A stretch of 58,756 nucleotides of DNA from Desulfobulbales bacterium. Its GTDB lineage: Bacteria > Desulfobacterota > Desulfobulbia > Desulfobulbales > BM004. The translations under genes were made by a program, and so were the position numbers. Of the stretch, positions 1 to 7,746 are shown piece by piece (position 1 is the first letter of the stretch; each line of letters begins with the position of its first letter). The notes beneath the pieces were generated by a model. That model made no database searches. It saw only the letters and a program-made list of their open reading frames with translations, and was not told the DNA's origin. The DNA lies in contig JBFHWX010000003.1 of assembly GCA_041599275.1 (NCBI GenBank), positions 1 through 58,756 on the forward strand, written 5' to 3'.

Positions 1-118
<118 letters not shown>

Positions 119-144
119 GATAGGGTCGGTATAGAGGAAAAGAT

Positions 145-981
145 ATGGGATTTCTCGATTTTTTCAAACCGGTGGCCACCATGAGCGCCGAGGAGGTGCG
201 CCGGTTTCTGGAGGGGCGCGATCCTTCCGAATACAACCTGGTGGACGTGCGGCAGCCCAAGGAGTACGAGCGGGGCCATCTTCCCGGAGCGCGTCTCATC
301 CCCCTGGCCGAGTTGCCGGGCCGCCTTTCCGAGCTCGATCCGAAGAAACCCACCATCGCCTACTGAGCGGCCGGGGTGCGCAGCCGGTCGGCTGCGGCGC
401 AACTGCAGAACAACGGCTTCGGCACGGTCTACAGCATGGCCGGCGGTCTCAAGGCCTGGCAGGGCAAGGTGGCGCCAGGGCCGCCCTTCGAGGGCATGGC
501 CTTTTTTGCCGGAGCCGGCAATGCCGGGGAACTGGTGGCGTTGGCCTGGCGGCTGGAGGAGGGGGCGAGGCGTTTTTACGAGCGGATGACAGCGCAGTTC
601 GCCGCAGACGGTGGCAGCGAGGAGCTTTTCCGGCAGCTCACCGGGGCCGAGGTGCACCACGAGAAAGTGCTCGAGGAAATCTACCGGGAAGTGACCGGCA
701 CCGAGGCGGATCACCGGGCCTGGCTGGCTGCCTTTGAAAACGGCCAGCAGATGGAGGGCGGCATGCGACTTGCCGACGTCCTCGGTTGGTCCCGGGGCAA
801 GGAGGTGGCCGAGGTGCTCGATCTGGCCATGGCCATGGAGACCGCCTCCTATGATCTCTACGTGAAAATGAGCCGGGAGACGGGAGGCCGGCGGGCCGCC
901 GAGGTTTTCGGGAGGCTGGCCGAGGAGGAACGCCACCACCTGGCCATGCTGGGTCGTTTTCTTGACGAGAAGCTCGGTTGA
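145..981 (+). CDS. Selenocysteine-containing rhodanese domain fused to a rubrerythrin/ferritin-like domain (278 aa; Sec at TGA 364-366)
   Basis: ORFs 145-366 and 376-981 are in the same frame, separated by one TGA at the rhodanese catalytic Cys position (IAY-U-AAGVRSRSAA..L...GF). N-terminal DVRQPKEYERGHLPGA motif; C-terminal E..FY/ExxH pairs; AGAGGA RBS; hairpin 3' of the TGA. Confidence 0.9.
367..403 (+). promoter_or_regulatory. Putative bacterial SECIS element
   Basis: CGCAGCC(379-385)-GGTC-GGCTGCG(390-396): 7-bp stem with a G-first apical loop 19 nt after the UGA, extendable with a bulge. Confidence 0.8.
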
Positions 982-1026
982 TTTTTTCTGATAATCTGCC
1001 TGCCTGGGCACGGAGCTTTTCCGCCG

Positions 1027-2025
1027 ATGAAAAGGATGAGACTCGAAGCCGTTTCACCGTCCCTGCGGTTTACCCTGTTGATTGGGGTGGTCTGGACCCT
1101 TTTTCTGGCAGGAGTATTTGCCTGGAGCTGGAGGGTGGAGCACGACCAGACCCTGCGGGTCACCACCGCCCAGACCCGGGTCCTGTTCCGCAAATTCCTG
1201 CTCACCCGTTTCTGGAACGCCATGCACGGCGGAGTCTATGTGCCGGTCAGCAAAGACACTCCATCCAACCCTTACCTCCAGGTGGAGAACCGGGACGTGG
1301 TGACCATGGGGGGGGTGCAGCTCACTTTGTTGAACCCGGCCTATATGACCCGGCAGATAGCCGACATTGCCGAGCAGAGTGAAGAGTTTTTCTTTCACCT
1401 GACCAGTCTCGATCCGATCAATCCGGAGAACCGGCCCGACAGCTGGGAGAAGGAAGCCCTGGAACATTTCGCCGAGGGCGCCACGGAGCACTACGGCATG
1501 GTGGAACAGGGGCCAGGGAAGACGGTTTTTCGGTTCATGGCGCCGCTGACCATCGAAGAGCCCTGTCTTCAATGCCACGACGTCTATGGAGACCGGGTGG
1601 GCGATCCGCGCGGCGGTATCTCGGTGGCCATCGACGCGACGCCGATACTTGCGGCGAGCGCGGCTGAAATCCAACACGCCGGCATCGTACTCGCGGTGAT
1701 CTGGTTATTGGGCATCATGGGCCTTGTCGGCGGCGGCAGGCGGCTGCACCGGCTCGAGGGAGAGCGGAACCTGGTGGTGGAGCAGTTGCGTGCTTCGCTG
1801 GCCGAGATCAAGCTGCTCGGCGGCCTGTTGCCGATCTGCTGCCAGTGCAAGAAAATCCGGGACGACCAGGGCTATTGGAAACAGGTGGAGCAATATATTG
1901 AACAGCATACGGCGGCCCGGTTTTCCCACGGGCTCTGCCCGGACTGCGCCCAGGAGCTGTACCCCGAGGCCTACCAGCGTCTGGTTCGTATGCGAGAACA
2001 TAAGAAAGAAGAAGAAAATTCCTAA
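1027..2025 (+). CDS. Membrane c-type heme sensor (DUF3365/Tll0287-like) with a C-terminal Cys/His-rich domain
   Basis: Two TM segments; HGGVYV, LNPAYMTRQ, SLDPINPENRPDSWE and CLQCH heme motif; C-terminal LLPICCQCKKIRDD..YW..FSHGLCPDC. Confidence 0.85.
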   Translation: MKRMRLEAVSPSLRFTLLIGVVWTLFLAGVFAWSWRVEHDQTLRVTTAQTRVLFRKFLLTRFWNAMHGGVYVPVSKDTPSNPYLQVENRDVVTMGGVQLTLLNPAYMTRQIADIAEQSEEFFFHLTSLDPINPENRPDSWEKEALEHFAEGATEHYGMVEQGPGKTVFRFMAPLTIEEPCLQCHDVYGDRVGDPRGGISVAIDATPILAASAAEIQHAGIVLAVIWLLGIMGLVGGGRRLHRLEGERNLVVEQLRASLAEIKLLGGLLPICCQCKKIRDDQGYWKQVEQYIEQHTAARFSHGLCPDCAQELYPEAYQRLVRMREHKKEEENS

Positions 2026-2056
2026 GCGCGCCCGGAAAGGGAAGGGAAGGTTGGAA

Positions 2057-2908
2057 ATGCAGTGGCGAGATGGAAGACGCAACGCCAACATGAAGGAGCG
2101 GCGGCGGGGGGCGTTTTCATGGAAGGCGATCGGGGTTGGGGTGGCAATCTTGGCGTTGGCTCTGGTTGCCCTGTATTTCGGCATCACCCCCGGAAGCGTG
2201 GTGCGGAAGCCTGCCGTCGTGCCCCAGAAGGAGGAAGCGGCACTGCCCTCCTTTTCTCCAGAGGAACAGGAGCTTGCCGATTTCGTTTCAGTGGTGCTGG
2301 CCGATACCGAGGATACCTGGCACGAGCTTTTCCGGCGCAACGGCAACACCTACCGGGAGCCGCGCCTCGTGCTCTTTTCCGGTGAGGTGCAGTCCGCCTG
2401 CGGCTCTGCCCAGGCGGCGGTGGGACCCTTCTATTGTTCGGCCGACGAGCGGGTCTACATCGACCTTTCCTTTTTCCGTGAGTTGCGGGAACGTTTCCCG
2501 GCACCCGGCGATTTCGCCCAGGCCTATGTGATCGCCCACCAGATCGGCCACCACGTGCAGACCCTCACCGGGGCCGAGCAGCGGGTGAGCGCCATGCGCC
2601 GGCGGCTCTCGCCGCGTGAGGCCAATGCCCTGCTGGTTCGCCAGGAGCTGCAGGCCGATTGTTACGCCGGCGTCTGGGCGCACCAGGCGAACCGTTCCCG
2701 TGGGGTGCTCGAGGCCGGCGACATCGAGGAGGGCCTGGACGCCGCCACCGCCATCGGCGATGACCGGTTGCGGAGAAAGAGCCAGGGCCGGGCGGTGCCC
2801 GATCCCTTCACCCACTCCACCTCGGCCCAGCGTGCAAGGTGGTTTCGCCAGGGGCTGGAGCACGGTGACATGGAGTCCTGCGATACCTTCAATGTTGGTT
2901 CTTTGTAA
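2057..2908 (+). CDS. YpfJ-like neutral zinc metallopeptidase family protein (HExxH changed to HQIGH)
   Basis: MQWRDGRR start; SACG.A..AVGPFYC..D..VYIDLSFF, GDFAQAYVIAH, ELQADCYAGVW, IGDDRL. Confidence 0.85.
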   Translation: MQWRDGRRNANMKERRRGAFSWKAIGVGVAILALALVALYFGITPGSVVRKPAVVPQKEEAALPSFSPEEQELADFVSVVLADTEDTWHELFRRNGNTYREPRLVLFSGEVQSACGSAQAAVGPFYCSADERVYIDLSFFRELRERFPAPGDFAQAYVIAHQIGHHVQTLTGAEQRVSAMRRRLSPREANALLVRQELQADCYAGVWAHQANRSRGVLEAGDIEEGLDAATAIGDDRLRRKSQGRAVPDPFTHSTSAQRARWFRQGLEHGDMESCDTFNVGSL

Positions 2909-2949
2909 CCCGCCGTGAGTGGCTGTTGTCGCCTATCATCCTTTCTTTA

Positions 2950-2966
2950 TTGGCAAAGTTGTTGCT
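2950..2966 (+). promoter_or_regulatory. Putative sigma54 (-24/-12) promoter upstream of mscL
   Basis: TTGGCAAAGTTGTTGCT with GG(2952-53)-N10-GC(2964-65). Confidence 0.5.
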
Positions 2967-3080
2967 TTCCCTTCGACAAAAGACTAAGTGGGAATGAATG
3001 TCGGTCTGAGGCCGGATGACTCTGCCGGCTTTTTCGGAAAAACCCCGGACCGGGGTATTACCAGTGAAGAGGAGATCGCT

Positions 3081-3488
3081 ATGGGAATGATGCAGGAGTT
3101 CAAGGAGTTTGCGGTCAAGGGCAATGTCGTCGACATGGCGGTGGGCATCATCGTCGGCGGGGCATTCGGTAAAATCGTTTCCTCCTTCGTGGCCGACGTG
3201 GTGATGCCGCCCATCGGTCTGCTGGTGGGTGGGGTGGATTTCACCGACCTTGCCATCACCCTCAAGGAGGCGGTGGGCGAGGCGCCGGCCGTGGTGCTGG
3301 GTTACGGCAAATTCATCCAGAACGTGGTGGACTTCACCATCGTCGCCTTTGCCATCTTCATGGTGATCAAGGGGATCAACTCCCTGAAGCGCAAAGAGGA
3401 AGCGGCCCCTGCACCAGCGGCTCCGCCGCCCCCCTCCAAGGAAGAGGTGCTGCTCGCCGAGATCCGTGACCGGTTGAATAATAAATAG
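3081..3488 (+). CDS. mscL: Large-conductance mechanosensitive channel
   Basis: [30 protein letters not shown]...LLAEIRD; GAGGAG RBS before ATG 3081. Confidence 0.97.
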   Translation: MGMMQEFKEFAVKGNVVDMAVGIIVGGAFGKIVSSFVADVVMPPIGLLVGGVDFTDLAITLKEAVGEAPAVVLGYGKFIQNVVDFTIVAFAIFMVIKGINSLKRKEEAAPAPAAPPPPSKEEVLLAEIRDRLNNK

Positions 3489-3514
3489 GAAGACGGTTAT
3501 GTGAAAGACCACAG

Positions 3515-3550
3515 AAAGCGGGGGATCGGTATATGCCGATCCCCCTCTTT
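3515..3550. terminator. Bidirectional intrinsic terminator between the convergent mscL and MCP genes
   Basis: AAAG-C-GGGGGATCGG-TATATG-CCGATCCCCC-T-CTTT. Confidence 0.75.
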
Positions 3551-3570
3551 CTGTGTGACCCGGCGGGGGT

Positions 3571-5829
3571 TCAGAATTTGCCGAACTCCTGGTCGCCCAA
3601 GGCGATCAGGTTTTCCTTTTTCGTGCTCTGCTGCGTTTTCTCAAGAGACACCTGGGCAGGGCGTTTGCCGGCTGGGGGCATCACGGTGCTGCTTTGTTGG
3701 CTTTTCTTTGGCAGCAGAAATTGCGAAAGTATTGCCTGCAGATGATCGGCCTGGGCCGAGAGTTCTTCAGCCGCAGCAGCTGACTCCTCGGCGGTGGCGG
3801 TATTTCGTTGGGTTACCTGATCGATCTGCCCGAGCCCCTGGTTGATTTGGCCGATGCCCTGGGCCTGGTCGTTGGCGGCGGCGGCGATTTCGGCGATGAG
3901 ATCGGATACCTTGGTGACGGTGGCGACGATTTCTTCCAGGGCGTCGGCGGTGCTGCTGGCTATCTCCGTGCCCCGGCCGGCCTTGTCCACGGAGCCTTCG
4001 ATGAGCTCGGCGGTTTCCCTGGCCGCTCGGGCGCTGCGGGCTGCCAGGTTGCGCACCTCTTCGGCCACAACGGCGAATCCCTTGCCGTGCTGGCCGGCCC
4101 GCGCTGCCTCCACCGCCGCGTTCAGGGCGAGAAGGTTGGTCTGGAACGCTATTTCGTCGATGACCTTGATGATTTTGGAGATGGAATGGGCAGAGGCGTT
4201 GATTTCGCCCATGGCATCGATCATCTCTTGCATCTGGCTGTTGCCCCGGTCGGCCTCTTTGCGGGCCTGGCGTGCCAGGAGGTCGGCCTGGTTGGCGTTT
4301 TGGGCCGAAAGGGTTATCTGCGAGCCGATTTCGGTCATGGAACCGCTGATCTCCTCCAGCGAGCTGGCCTGGGTCGACGCGCCATGGGACAGGGACTGGC
4401 TGCTGTCCGCCACCTGACCGGCACCGCTGGTGATCTGGTTGGAGGCCGATCTGATTTTGTCGATCACTGCGGAAAGGTTGGTCACCATCTTCTTGAGTGA
4501 TCTGCCCAACTGGTCCTTGTCGGAGGCGAGCTCCACCTCTACGGTGAGATCGTTGGAAGCGATGATTTCGGCCAGGTCGGCCTTGCGTTTGAGGCTGTCT
4601 GCCATGGTGTCCATGGCGGAGGCGAGAGCCCCGATTTCGTCCCGGCTATCGATGTTGAGCCGGCTGTCCAGATTACCGGCGGCGATTTCGGAGGTGATCG
4701 CCACCGCCCGGTCCAGGGGGCGCAGGAGGTAGCTGGTCAGCAGGAAGACCACCCCGGAGATGGCAAGAAGCACGAGCAGGCAGCCGGCGAGAAGTTTGTT
4801 CTGGATGGAGGCGAGGGAACTCTCCGCCGCCTGGTTCATTTGGGCGGTCAGGGAAAGGAACTCGTCGAGGTCGTAGGCCGCCACCATGACGCCCGCCTGT
4901 TTGCCGGAATAATCCGGGATCGGAAAGCTCACCACGAAATGGTTGCCGACCCGCTCTTTATAAACGCCGGTTTTGCCTTTTTCGAGAATGTCGAGGCTGA
5001 CCACCCTGGAGATGAGTTCCTGGTCGGTACTGGCGGTAAGAACGTGAAGGCCCCCCACCACCGGATGTTTGGCCGCGTCCTGGAGCCCTTTGGCGATGGG
5101 GAGACTCTCCGCGTTCATGTAGGCGGCAAGGCGAAAATGGTCGCCGGTCTGGGCGGCGGTGAGCACTTCGTCGAAGCCCACCAGTACCTCGCAGGAGCCC
5201 AGGTGCTCGCCGCTCGGCCCGGATACCGGTGCCATGCCCCGGATTTCGAAGCCTCCGCGCCCGACTTCGATGCCGGTTATCGGATTGTGGGGTGGTTGGT
5301 TTATTTCCACCACCGTCGGCCGAAACTTGGAGATGTCGTCGGAGACGTCGAGTTTTTTGCCGTCCCGGTTGACCTGCCAGCCCTGGCGCCAGATGCGGAC
5401 CAGGCTGCGGCTGTTGGGCAGATGGAAGTGCAGCTTAAACTCCTTTTGGCCGGTGTGCTTTGTGTATCCGGCCACGAAGGGTGCCAGCGCCCTGCGTAAC
5501 TCGTCCCTTGCCGCCTGGGCCATGGGATCGGCCTCGTCGTCGATGTTGCCGGTGTGGGCCAGCTCATAGGCATCCTGCACCGCTGGCATCTGTGAGAAAA
5601 GAGAGGCCTCTTCAAGGGCTTTGCCGCCGAAACGGTCGATGATCGAAGTTATTTCCTTCACCCGCTCATCCGCTGTGCTGGAAAGATTGTTGTAGGCGTG
5701 GTCCTCGGCGGTTTTCTTCTGCCGGGTAACGAGGTCCTTGACCGTGCCGTTAATGGCAAGGAGGCCGACTCCCAGGAAGATGAGGATAACCAGGCTGACG
5801 CTCAGCAGGATTTTGGTTCGTATTTTCAC
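3571..5829 (-). CDS. Methyl-accepting chemotaxis protein (Cache-type periplasmic domain, HAMP, MCP signal domain)
   Basis: [37 protein letters not shown]; two TMs; HAMP DEIGALA; GTG start with AGGAG RBS. Confidence 0.95.
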   Translation of the reverse strand: MKIRTKILLSVSLVILIFLGVGLLAINGTVKDLVTRQKKTAEDHAYNNLSSTADERVKEITSIIDRFGGKALEEASLFSQMPAVQDAYELAHTGNIDDEADPMAQAARDELRRALAPFVAGYTKHTGQKEFKLHFHLPNSRSLVRIWRQGWQVNRDGKKLDVSDDISKFRPTVVEINQPPHNPITGIEVGRGGFEIRGMAPVSGPSGEHLGSCEVLVGFDEVLTAAQTGDHFRLAAYMNAESLPIAKGLQDAAKHPVVGGLHVLTASTDQELISRVVSLDILEKGKTGVYKERVGNHFVVSFPIPDYSGKQAGVMVAAYDLDEFLSLTAQMNQAAESSLASIQNKLLAGCLLVLLAISGVVFLLTSYLLRPLDRAVAITSEIAAGNLDSRLNIDSRDEIGALASAMDTMADSLKRKADLAEIIASNDLTVEVELASDKDQLGRSLKKMVTNLSAVIDKIRSASNQITSGAGQVADSSQSLSHGASTQASSLEEISGSMTEIGSQITLSAQNANQADLLARQARKEADRGNSQMQEMIDAMGEINASAHSISKIIKVIDEIAFQTNLLALNAAVEAARAGQHGKGFAVVAEEVRNLAARSARAARETAELIEGSVDKAGRGTEIASSTADALEEIVATVTKVSDLIAEIAAAANDQAQGIGQINQGLGQIDQVTQRNTATAEESAAAAEELSAQADHLQAILSQFLLPKKSQQSSTVMPPAGKRPAQVSLEKTQQSTKKENLIALGDQEFGKF

Positions 5830-5902
5830 AGAGGGCTCCTTTTGTCTGCTGTCATGGAAGGTGCTTGCGAAATTTTATTTTAAGGGGCTTTTGTGATATT
5901 GG

Positions 5903-7726
5903 CTATCTTTTAGGAGCCGATGGCGCATTGCCTTCGTAGAGCCCATGGATTTCCATGGCGAAGCGTTCGGCAATCGCCGGCCGCTTCAGCTTCATGGTCA
6001 CGGTGAGCAGTTCGTTTTCTATGCTCCATGGCTCGAGGGCAAGATGAACGGCGCGCACTCCGGCGTAGACCGGAAAAGGGGCGAGAAGCGGGGCGATCCG
6101 CTCGAGGAGCGCTTTTTTGGCAATGGACGAATGCAGGACGTTCGGGTCTTCGGAGGGCCAGCCATTTTCTCGCGTCCAGTGCCGCCAATTGCCGGGGTCG
6201 AGGACGAGGAGGGCGGCGCAGAAGGGTTTTCCTTCTCCCACCAGCATGGCCTGGAGGATGAGAGGGTCCTGCTGGAGGGCTGCCTCGATGTCCGCCGGCG
6301 GCACCTTCTCGCCGGTGGAGGTGACGATGATCTCCTTGAGCCGGCCGCGGATGAAGATTTTTTCGTCGCGCACCTCCACCAGGTCGCCGGTGCGCAGCCA
6401 GCCCTCGCCGTCCACCGTTGCCGCCGTCTCCTCGGGCCGCTGCCAGTATTCCCGCATCACCCCCGGGCCCCTCACCAGGAGTTCCCCCGCTTCGTTCACC
6501 TTCGTCTCCACCCCCGGTAGCGGCCGGCCCACCGAAGCCGGCAGGTTGTCGGCGAGGGTGTTGGTGCTCACCACCGGTGAGGCCTCGGTGAGGCCGTAAC
6601 CCTGGAGAAGAGGGAGACCCAGGCCCACGAAGAAACGGGCCACCGGCTCCGGCAGCGGCGCGCCGCCGCTCACCGCCACCCGGATGCGGCCGCCGAAGCG
6701 GTCGAGGATCTTGCGGGCGATGATCCTCGCCAGTAGCGGCCCCAGGAGCCTGGCAGCAAGGGGCAGCGAATGCCGTCTCCCCATCCGGTGCTCGAAGCGC
6801 TGCCAGCCGGTTTCCACCGCAAGCTCCAGGAGCTTCGGGGCGAGGCCGCCTTTCTCTTGTACCTTTTCTGCAATTTTCTCAAAGACCCGTTCGTAGATCC
6901 GCGGCACCGAGAGCAGCACGGTGGGTCGGATGGTGATAAAATCCTCGGCCAGATCCTGGATCGAGCGGGCATAGGCCACGGTGGAACCGGCTATCATCGG
7001 CAGGTAGTGGCCGGCGGTGCGCTCGAAGGCGTGGGACAGGGGGAGAAAGGAGAGAAAAACGTCGTCGCGGTAGGCGGGCACCCGCTGCTGGACGCCGTGG
7101 GCGTTGGTCAGGATGTTCTGGTGGCTGAGAACCACTCCTTTGGGCGGGCCGGTGGTGCCCGAGGTGTAGATGATGGTGGCCGGCGTCTCGGGGGAGAGCC
7201 GGTGGCTCGGTGGTTCGTCTGCTTTTCCGGGGAGCCAGCCGTCCACCGGTGTGCAGCCGGCGGCCTCACCCTCCAAAACCAGGACTGTGCGCGGGCCGTT
7301 TTCCGTCAAAAGCGGCGCCAGCGGTTGCCAGTGTTCGGCGGATTCGACCAGCAGCAGCCGGCAGCCGGAGTCGTGCAGCACATGGGCCTGGTTGGCTGGG
7401 TTGTCGGTGCGGTAGAGGGGCACCACGACGAGGCCCAAGGCGAGGGCCGCCTGTTCGAAGGCGACCCATTCTGCCGAGTTTCGCAGCAGCACCGCCACCC
7501 GCTCGCCGGGTTCAAGGTTTTCTCGGGCCAGGCCATATTGCCAGCGGTCGGCGAGCCGGACCATCTCCCGCCAGGAGTAGTTTTGCCATTGGCCGGTGCC
7601 GGGGGCGCACTGCATGTAGGCAATGCCATCGGGGCTGCGCAGCGCCCGACGGCGGAAGAGCTCGACCAGGGTCAGGGCATCGTTGGCGGCAATGCTGTCC
7701 CACGGGTCTCTGGAATCTCCGAACAT
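5903..7726 (-). CDS. Long-chain fatty acid-CoA ligase (AMP-dependent synthetase)
   Basis: YTSGTTGPPKGV, FLPLSHAFER, QGYGLTE, GWLRTGD, LLTVTMKLKR. Confidence 0.92.
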   Translation of the reverse strand: MFGDSRDPWDSIAANDALTLVELFRRRALRSPDGIAYMQCAPGTGQWQNYSWREMVRLADRWQYGLARENLEPGERVAVLLRNSAEWVAFEQAALALGLVVVPLYRTDNPANQAHVLHDSGCRLLLVESAEHWQPLAPLLTENGPRTVLVLEGEAAGCTPVDGWLPGKADEPPSHRLSPETPATIIYTSGTTGPPKGVVLSHQNILTNAHGVQQRVPAYRDDVFLSFLPLSHAFERTAGHYLPMIAGSTVAYARSIQDLAEDFITIRPTVLLSVPRIYERVFEKIAEKVQEKGGLAPKLLELAVETGWQRFEHRMGRRHSLPLAARLLGPLLARIIARKILDRFGGRIRVAVSGGAPLPEPVARFFVGLGLPLLQGYGLTEASPVVSTNTLADNLPASVGRPLPGVETKVNEAGELLVRGPGVMREYWQRPEETAATVDGEGWLRTGDLVEVRDEKIFIRGRLKEIIVTSTGEKVPPADIEAALQQDPLILQAMLVGEGKPFCAALLVLDPGNWRHWTRENGWPSEDPNVLHSSIAKKALLERIAPLLAPFPVYAGVRAVHLALEPWSIENELLTVTMKLKRPAIAERFAMEIHGLYEGNAPSAPKR

Positions 7727-7746
7727 GGCTGTTCTCCTTGACGGAT

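Noticed and set aside
145-366. Rhodanese pseudogene or two separate genes
   Set aside because: The stop is a TGA at the catalytic Cys position with a SECIS-like hairpin, so Sec readthrough is more parsimonious
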